A stretch of DNA of 64,000 bases from a virus, in the IMG/VR virus record IMGVR_UViG_3300027714_000008, positions 34,739 to 98,738 of that record. One strand, written 5' to 3'. Position numbers and translations under genes: made by a program. Of this stretch, positions 57,583 to 64,000 are shown one piece after another. How positions within the stretch are numbered: the first letter of the stretch is position 1; every line of letters begins with the position of its first letter. A model generated the notes under the pieces. It ran no database searches. It worked only from the letters and a program-made list of their open reading frames with translations, and had not been told where the DNA came from.

Positions 57583-58485
57583 ATGTCATTCGCAAAACTA
57601 AAAAACAATCGTCCAGATTTAAAGGACATGGCGGCTAAAGCCAACGCTTCACCAAGCGGAACAACAAACAGTAAAGATGATCGCTTTTGGTATCCTCAGC
57701 GAGATAAAGCTGGAAATGGTTACGCAGTAGTTCGTTTTCTACCAGGATTAAAAGGTCAAGGCGAAAGCTATTGGGCAAAATACTGGGATCATGCTTTTAA
57801 AGGACCTACAGGTCAGTGGTACATAGAGAAATCATTAACAACTATAGGCCAGCAAGACGCAATCGCAGAAGCTAATTCTTTATTGTGGAACTCTGGCATA
57901 GAGTCAGACAAAGACATTGTTCGTAAGCGTAAGCGTAACTTGCGTTATGTAACAAACGTTCTTATTGTAAGTGACCCAGCTAATCCAGAGAATGAAGGCC
58001 AAATAAAACTATATCGTTTTGGTAAGAAAATCATGGATAAAATTTTAGATACAATGACACCTAAATATCCAGATGAAAAGCCTATGGATCCGTTTGATGT
58101 GTGGGATGGTGGCGATTTTGTCATTAAGATTAAGATGATAGATAAATATCCCAACTATGATTCATCAGTATTTAAATCACCATCACCACTGTTTGACGGC
58201 GATGATACTAAATTAGAAGCTGTATTTGATAAGCAACATGTGTTGGATGAATGGGTAAGTCCTGAAAACTTTAAAACATACGATGAATTAAAAGCGCGTC
58301 TTAATCTTGTACTAGGTGAGAAAGCACCTAGGACTGTTAAAGATACAGTTTCATTGGATACGACTGAAGAACCAGCTCGTATGAAAACATCAGAGCCAGT
58401 CCAAATGCAAACAGCAGAAGTTGCATCAGCAGATGATGAAGACGATATTATGGCACACTTTAAATCTTTGGCTAACGAAGACTAA
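57583..58485 (+). CDS. g32: Single-stranded DNA-binding protein gp32
   Basis: DDRFW, GNGYAVVRFLP, WYIEKSLTT, YPNYDSS and an acidic tail; a GGAG RBS supports the start at 57583. Confidence 0.97.
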   Translation: MSFAKLKNNRPDLKDMAAKANASPSGTTNSKDDRFWYPQRDKAGNGYAVVRFLPGLKGQGESYWAKYWDHAFKGPTGQWYIEKSLTTIGQQDAIAEANSLLWNSGIESDKDIVRKRKRNLRYVTNVLIVSDPANPENEGQIKLYRFGKKIMDKILDTMTPKYPDEKPMDPFDVWDGGDFVIKIKMIDKYPNYDSSVFKSPSPLFDGDDTKLEAVFDKQHVLDEWVSPENFKTYDELKARLNLVLGEKAPRTVKDTVSLDTTEEPARMKTSEPVQMQTAEVASADDEDDIMAHFKSLANED

Positions 58486-58502
58486 AGTAAACAATATGCA
58501 AT

Positions 58503-58535
58503 AAAAAAAGGCTAGTAGAAATACTAGCCTTTTTT
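58503..58535. terminator. Bidirectional rho-independent terminator
   Basis: AAAAAAAGGCTAGTA-GAAA-TACTAGCCTTTTTT between convergent genes. Confidence 0.88.
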
Positions 58536-58537
58536 GT

Positions 58538-59380
58538 TTATGCGAATAGTTTTGCTTGTGTAGCAGGACCTGCCATACCATCAGGCGTTAGTCCATTAGA
58601 TGTCTGCCACGCCTTTAAAGCTTTAACAGAACCATTTCCGAAATCACCATCTGCGGTTATGCCTAATGCTTTTTGAACTTTAGCGGCTAAGGCTCCTTTA
58701 GAACCTTTCTTAATTGTTGTAGACGCTTTTGTCTCTGTTATAACAGGATCTTTACCTGTCAATATGTGGTATATGTGAGTGTAATGTTTAATACGATCCT
58801 CAAGACCTATTGTTCCGCCATTAACAAGCTTGGTCATTCTCTTAACATCACATGCGTCTGCTGGCACATTTATATTCCTAGAATTCCAATACCAAGCGGC
58901 TGAACGTAATGCACCACGATGCGTGCCAAGATACTTAACAACTTCTTCAGGAGAAAGATTTACATTTTTATCTTTACCAAAGGCAGTGTAATTATTCTTC
59001 CCGGTCAATTGTATTATACCTCTTCCACGAAATAACCATCCTTCACGACTCTCAGTATCACCATTACCCATGCGATTTGCATAAACTATATTGGCAATCT
59101 TTTCAGGTTGTCTGTGGTATTCTTCTGCATTTCTACCAGCACGTTCAAAATACTTTGGAAAAATCTTATTAAGTCCATTAGCTGAATAATTTAAATTCTC
59201 TTCTAACACTTTAAAATTATTTGACTCATGGGCACATTGTGCCATAAAACCTGCAATACGTTCTGGGGTGTTAATGTCATATTCAGGTAAAATGCTTTCT
59301 AGTGCTTTATGCCACGATTCCATTTCCTCTTGATCTTTACCATTAAGAATATGCTTTACTTGATCTAAGGTTAATATCAT
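58538..59380 (-). CDS. GH19-family endolysin with C-terminal peptidoglycan-binding domain
   Basis: FMAQCAHES, ENLNYS, RGRGIIQLTGKNNY, VNGG and ADGDFG...DGMAGPAT motifs. Confidence 0.93.
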   Translation of the reverse strand: MILTLDQVKHILNGKDQEEMESWHKALESILPEYDINTPERIAGFMAQCAHESNNFKVLEENLNYSANGLNKIFPKYFERAGRNAEEYHRQPEKIANIVYANRMGNGDTESREGWLFRGRGIIQLTGKNNYTAFGKDKNVNLSPEEVVKYLGTHRGALRSAAWYWNSRNINVPADACDVKRMTKLVNGGTIGLEDRIKHYTHIYHILTGKDPVITETKASTTIKKGSKGALAAKVQKALGITADGDFGNGSVKALKAWQTSNGLTPDGMAGPATQAKLFA

Positions 59381-59382
59381 TC

Positions 59383-59649
59383 TTATGTTTCCTTACTATA
59401 AATTTCTTGTAGGTGGTCTTCGAATGCTTCCACTTTAGCTAAACGATCAGGCCACAAGATGTATTCTTTTTGTGGATTGCTTTTTAAATTGTTTAATAGT
59501 GGTGTGAATGCGTTATAGAGCGCATCAAGCTTGGCTTGTACACGTGCTAGTTCATCGACAATAGTACCAGTGGTATCTATTTGTGCCTTAACTATTTCTA
59601 ATTCATCTTCGTCTACGGCTGTGAAACCAAAGTCAAAAAACTCTGCCAT
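59383..59649 (-). CDS. Conserved hypothetical protein
   Basis: FDFGFTAVDEDEL...PLLNNLK.NP.KEYILWPDR; late promoter at 59669-59676. Confidence 0.75.
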   Translation of the reverse strand: MAEFFDFGFTAVDEDELEIVKAQIDTTGTIVDELARVQAKLDALYNAFTPLLNNLKSNPQKEYILWPDRLAKVEAFEDHLQEIYSKET

Positions 59650-59667
59650 GATGTTTACTCCAAAATG

Positions 59668-60339
59668 TTATTTATAAGCCAACAACTTTAGATTTTTTCT
59701 GTGCCAACTTATTAACTGCTTATGAAAAGATTCGTCAGTTATATTGAATATTTCCTCAAGGTATCCCTTTGTTAAAACATCATCCATAGCTAAACTTGTT
59801 GACACTTCTAATGCCTGCTCCTCGCTAAACCAACTGCCGTAACAATGATGCCTTTTGCCAGTTAGACAAGTCTGGTGATCTTTTAATTTTATTTTACATA
59901 CTTGTAATCTGTATTCTTGCCAATGATTATTGGCATGATAATTCAAGTAATATGTGTTATCTGGTGTCATATAATCTGGAAAAATGTCATGCGCTCTAGT
60001 CATTAAACGACCACCAAGGTTTACATAAGCATCTAAAGAATAATAATCATCGTTAAAATTTTGCTGTTGATGATAATCAGTATAATTATCCCAACCTTTT
60101 ATAGCCACACACAGCATGTTCCAATGATTTATGTTTAGCACACACTTGTTTATATCAGTGTGCATCTTGTGTTTAAAGTAGTAGTTATAGTTTGGAGAAT
60201 ATTTATTTATAAGATTAGATATAAATTCTCCGCCACCACCTTTATCGTATAATATAAAATCGAATTGATTATTTTTTAATGCATCACGTTGGTTTTCTAT
60301 CAAAAGCTCTATTCGAATTTTGTGTTCTTTGTCCATCAT
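59668..60339 (-). CDS. Hypothetical protein
   Basis: 223-aa AT-rich ORF with a GGGGEFI loop. Confidence 0.65.
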   Translation of the reverse strand: MMDKEHKIRIELLIENQRDALKNNQFDFILYDKGGGGEFISNLINKYSPNYNYYFKHKMHTDINKCVLNINHWNMLCVAIKGWDNYTDYHQQQNFNDDYYSLDAYVNLGGRLMTRAHDIFPDYMTPDNTYYLNYHANNHWQEYRLQVCKIKLKDHQTCLTGKRHHCYGSWFSEEQALEVSTSLAMDDVLTKGYLEEIFNITDESFHKQLISWHRKNLKLLAYK

Positions 60340-60465
60340 AGTGCTATTCCAAGTTCATTGTATGTGTATATATAAACTATAAGAACAACAAATTAAGTTC
60401 TTTACATTAATCAGAATATCTGATACTATGTTTTTATGTATAAATTATTACGGAGTCAGTGAAAC

Positions 60466-62100
60466 GTGACAGAAAAAACAAAACAAGAAATCGAAAGGGA
60501 ACAGCTAAAAGCAGAGAAAAAGAATCACATTCTATCTGTTTATCGTTCGATTGTTAAAAAAGAAAAACGTCTTCCAGTGCGACAAGACTTCTTAGAGTTT
60601 GAAATCTCAAGAGATATTTTACGCACAACATTTGGAGGAGTTGAAACCTTACATGAGTACATGCGAGATACAAACGAAGAGTTTTTAAACGAACACTTTT
60701 CTTCTGTTGATAACATGTTTTCAGAAAATAAAAGTGCATCAACATCTGAGAAGCGCATCTACGTTGTTACTACAGCGGTAGCTGGTGCAACTGCACACAC
60801 AGGCTTCTTGAAAACCATGAATAAATTTTGTAAAGAAAACGACGGACAAATTGTCATCATGCCAGCGGAAAGTATTTCCAACAGCTTTGAAAAGAAAACT
60901 GCTGTGTTTGACAAAGAGTTTAATAGTGACAAATATTTATTTGTTCAAGAAGATACACCATTGAATAATAATATTTCTTTGTGTAGCATCCAAGTGTCTG
61001 CAAAACAAGTTAAACCTATTACAGGTCTTTCTCGTTTAGGTAGACGTGAAGGTTCATATGTCTTTGCTAGTCCCAAGCAGTTTTTAGAATACATTCCCTC
61101 TGGTAATAACAGAGATAAAAACTATTCTATTATGACACCTGGGTCTTGTACTTTACCAAACTACTACAGTGAGACATTCGTGTCTAAGCGCATTTCATAT
61201 ATTGCAGGCCATGATCATCAAATGGGTGCTGTCATTATTGAAATTGAGGATGATGACATCTTCCATTTCAGACAAATCCAATGTGAAGACGATGGTTCGT
61301 TCATTGATATGGGTAAACAGTACAGTCATAATAAAAAGACTAAGCGAGTTCCAGTAAATGCGATTATGGGAGATATTCACGGCGTACAAGCTGATGAAGA
61401 CGCCATTGGTATGTTCGCAACTTTATTTGCTACTATGGATCTTCGTTCACTTTACTTACATGACATATTTGATGGTTACAGTATTTCACACCATATTCGT
61501 GACATCTCTGAGAAAAGTAAACGCAGTGAAGATGGAATGGGTAAATTAGTAGGTGAGTTAGAATACACATATGACTTGGTTAAAAGTATCAGTGATACGA
61601 CAAAGGCTAAAGATGTCTTTATCGTAAAATCAAATCACGACGAATTCCTTGACCGATACCTAAAAGAAGGTAGATATGTATTTGATGCCGAAAACCATTT
61701 AATATCTTTGAAGATTGCAACAGCTCTATTCGAAGACGAAGACATTCTTCAAAGAGGTTTTGACGTAGTGGGTAAAGAGTCTCCATCGCATTGGCATTAC
61801 TTACAACGAGACGATTCGTCAATCATTGCAGGAGTTGAATGTGGATCACATGGTGACTTAGGTTTGAATGGTGCTAAAGCCGCTCTTAACTCATTAGAAA
61901 GAATCTATGGGGATTGTGTTACTGGTCATAATCATACAGCGGCAATTCAACGTGGTGTGTTCAGAGTTGGAACTTTGTCACAGTTAGACATGGGATATAA
62001 TAGAGGACCTAGTTCTTGGACGCAGACGTGTTGCTTACTATATGAAAATGGTCAGAGACAATTGATTAATAACATCAATGGTAAATGTAGCATACTATAA
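60466..62100 (+). CDS. T5 A1-like metallophosphoesterase-fold nuclease
   Basis: GDIH, HDIFDG, SNHD, HGD and GHNH motifs; C-terminal LDMGYNRGPSSWTQT...Y.NGQR resembles T5 A1 as I recall it. Confidence 0.8.
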   Translation: MTEKTKQEIEREQLKAEKKNHILSVYRSIVKKEKRLPVRQDFLEFEISRDILRTTFGGVETLHEYMRDTNEEFLNEHFSSVDNMFSENKSASTSEKRIYVVTTAVAGATAHTGFLKTMNKFCKENDGQIVIMPAESISNSFEKKTAVFDKEFNSDKYLFVQEDTPLNNNISLCSIQVSAKQVKPITGLSRLGRREGSYVFASPKQFLEYIPSGNNRDKNYSIMTPGSCTLPNYYSETFVSKRISYIAGHDHQMGAVIIEIEDDDIFHFRQIQCEDDGSFIDMGKQYSHNKKTKRVPVNAIMGDIHGVQADEDAIGMFATLFATMDLRSLYLHDIFDGYSISHHIRDISEKSKRSEDGMGKLVGELEYTYDLVKSISDTTKAKDVFIVKSNHDEFLDRYLKEGRYVFDAENHLISLKIATALFEDEDILQRGFDVVGKESPSHWHYLQRDDSSIIAGVECGSHGDLGLNGAKAALNSLERIYGDCVTGHNHTAAIQRGVFRVGTLSQLDMGYNRGPSSWTQTCCLLYENGQRQLINNINGKCSIL

Positions 62101-62200
62101 CAAATAAAGAAAAGGGGATTAATTTCTCCTTTTCTTACATTAGCACTTGACATCTCCTTTTATTTACATTAAAAATAAGTGTAAACAAAAGGAGTTTCAA

Positions 62201-62482
62201 ATGATTGCCCTTCAAAAAGACCTTGCTCTAGTTCTATCAGACATTGATATGATAGCTGAATTGTGTGACACTGCAATGCAGGACACTAATCAAAATCTTA
62301 AAAACACATCTGATTATGACTATAAAGATAATAAGATTGAATTTCTTATGGGATCATTAGGTGATGCTGGATTTGATTTAGACGCTATAATTGATAAAAT
62401 TAAAGAGCTTCGAGTTTTTGTAGAAGACACTATCGACACTGTAGAATATAATGAAATTGCAAAACAGGCGATTAGAATTTAA
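62201..62482 (+). CDS. Hypothetical early protein
   Basis: TTGACA promoter at 62147 and an AAGGAG RBS. Confidence 0.7.
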   Translation: MIALQKDLALVLSDIDMIAELCDTAMQDTNQNLKNTSDYDYKDNKIEFLMGSLGDAGFDLDAIIDKIKELRVFVEDTIDTVEYNEIAKQAIRI

Positions 62483-62554
62483 ACAAACAAAAACCTTGAC
62501 AAAGCTTTCTTTTTGTGTTAATAATAAGTGTAATCAAGAGAGAAAAAAGAATCA

Positions 62555-62908
62555 ATGACTGTTTTAGTAAAAACCCCATGTGCTAGTGCTACTTTGAAAT
62601 TCTTCGGTGTGTCAGGCACTACGTGGAACGACAGAACAGGTAGGAACGTTTGGGACGCAACTTTACGTCGTAATGGTTTTGCTGTTCGTAGTCGTTTCTC
62701 TGCCTTAGGTGGAGCAACTACTGTTGGAGCCGCTAGAGCAAAGATCAGAAAAATCGCCGCTAAAGATAAAGGCATCATCGCCTTTGTTGCTCGTGTCGAT
62801 GGTCACGTTTTAGTGATTGATAGAGATGGTAATACTGCTGTTGATACCGACCCTAGAAAAAAAGACAAAAGAAAAATGTTTGGTTTTGTTGCTGTTTGGG
62901 CGAAATAG
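62555..62908 (+). CDS. Hypothetical early protein, possible Cys-His-Asp fold
   Basis: Promoter TTGACA-17-TAATAA at 62496; PCAS...GHV...D. Confidence 0.7.
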   Translation: MTVLVKTPCASATLKFFGVSGTTWNDRTGRNVWDATLRRNGFAVRSRFSALGGATTVGAARAKIRKIAAKDKGIIAFVARVDGHVLVIDRDGNTAVDTDPRKKDKRKMFGFVAVWAK

Positions 62909-62964
62909 TTCTTGACGTTAATTCTTTAATGTGTTAATGATAGTTATAAACCAAGGAGTTTAGT

Positions 62965-63174
62965 ATGTCACATTCAGTAAAAAATCATAAATTTCACACA
63001 GAAGCCGATGCACAAGCATTCATCGATCTTACAAATTATAATGAGCCTAATGCAGATAAGTATATCGGTGAGGCTTATTACACGTGTGGAGATAATGTTT
63101 GGCCTAACAATCCTGATTTAGCATTACTTTTTGGAAACCCTTATTGGTCAGTTCGAGTCGAGACTTACAAATAA
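62965..63174 (+). CDS. Hypothetical early protein
   Basis: TTGACG-17-TAATGA promoter and an AAGGAG RBS. Confidence 0.7.
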   Translation: MSHSVKNHKFHTEADAQAFIDLTNYNEPNADKYIGEAYYTCGDNVWPNNPDLALLFGNPYWSVRVETYK

Positions 63175-63199
63175 AAACTTTATATTATGGAGAATAATT

Positions 63200-63502
63200 A
63201 TGAATAATGAATTAAAAATGGGTATTGAAAATCTAGCAACATTACTTACAAGTAGGTTGGATGATAGGCACCCAACTTTACCAGATCATAGCTTTTCTAC
63301 TACAGTAGGTCGAAAGTATACTAAAATACTAGATCCACGTGGCGGTGTTTGGGGTTTTGTTGTAATGACTACAGACGATGAAAAGTTTGAGCAAGGTGAT
63401 ATTTTAAAACCAGCAAGTTGGAGTAGTCCAACACGAAACTTTGCACGTGGCAATGTGTTACATACAAAGCCTGTTGGTGGTGGACTTGTATATGGTCTTT
63501 AA
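63200..63502 (+). CDS. Conserved phage hypothetical protein
   Basis: GRKYTKI...VWGFV...GDILKPASW..P...ARGN; GGAG RBS. Confidence 0.75.
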   Translation: MNNELKMGIENLATLLTSRLDDRHPTLPDHSFSTTVGRKYTKILDPRGGVWGFVVMTTDDEKFEQGDILKPASWSSPTRNFARGNVLHTKPVGGGLVYGL

Positions 63503-63596
63503 AAAAGATTGCGATTATGTAAAGTAATCGCTTGACAAACTCGTTTTAATCATTCAATTATAATGTATAAGTTAAACAAATATAAGGATTATCAAT

Positions 63597-64000
63597 ATGG
63601 CCTGTATTACACAAGCAGAAAAAAAAGTATTAGCTCCTTCAATCAAAGCGGTTCTTAAGAAGTATGGCGTTAAAGGTTCTATCGGTGTTAAGCATCACAT
63701 GACCCTAGTTGTTAATATTAAAGCGGGTGCCTTAGACTTTATCGGTGACGCTAACAAGAGCCGAATTGAAAGAGCTGAGAAGCAAGGAACACAAGCCTAT
63801 GAGATCACAAATGGTCATTACCAAGTTTGTAACCACTATGTTGGGGATAACAAAGGTGCTATCGGCAAATTCTTCGATGAGTTGATTAAGGCTATGAAAG
63901 GTACTGATTGGTTTGACGAGAGTGATAGCCAGACTGACTACTTCCACATTGCTTATTACTTAAATGTTAATGTTGGTAAGTGGAACAAACCTTATATATT
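63597..64000 (+). CDS. Conserved early hypothetical protein (runs off the window)
   Basis: MACITQAEKKVLAPSIKAVLKKYGVKGSI...DYFHIAYY..VNVGKWNKPY; AAGGA RBS. Confidence 0.75.
   Translation, partial: MACITQAEKKVLAPSIKAVLKKYGVKGSIGVKHHMTLVVNIKAGALDFIGDANKSRIERAEKQGTQAYEITNGHYQVCNHYVGDNKGAIGKFFDELIKAMKGTDWFDESDSQTDYFHIAYYLNVNVGKWNKPYI

Noticed and set aside
1-64000. Stop-codon reassignment
   Set aside because: Core genes translate to full length in the standard bacterial code.

Overview
The window is a 64-kb segment of an AT-rich T4-like myovirus genome, probably marine. The minus strand (1-46.6 kb) carries uvsW, uvsY, g3, the head genes (g23-g20), g19, g18, g17-g13, a large fibre region and the baseplate genes. 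The plus strand carries g4, g2, g54, g26/g51, a tape measure candidate, a block of small early/middle genes (MazG-like, two DNA methyltransferases, speD, g33, g32), a T5 A1-like nuclease and promoter-led early cassettes. A GH19 endolysin lies on the minus strand. The main candidate system is phage-encoded virion glycosylation. Three glycosyltransferase-like genes and a 2OG-Fe(II) oxygenase-like gene sit inside the fibre module. The outer neck, fibre and wedge proteins are enriched by eye in Asp-Ser-(Ala/Ser/Asp/Gly), a possible sequon, while hub and non-virion proteins are not. Other highlights are a fibre protein with two balanced 11x4-aa Tyr-repeat arms around a 32-aa tip, a likely -1 frameshift joining g26 to g51 just before the tape measure gene, a pseudoknot plus tRNA-like RNA, methyltransferases with matching clamp-binding-like tails inside a 17-bp repeat, and a gp5 split into three genes. 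All calls come from motif recognition and synteny, with no database searches.
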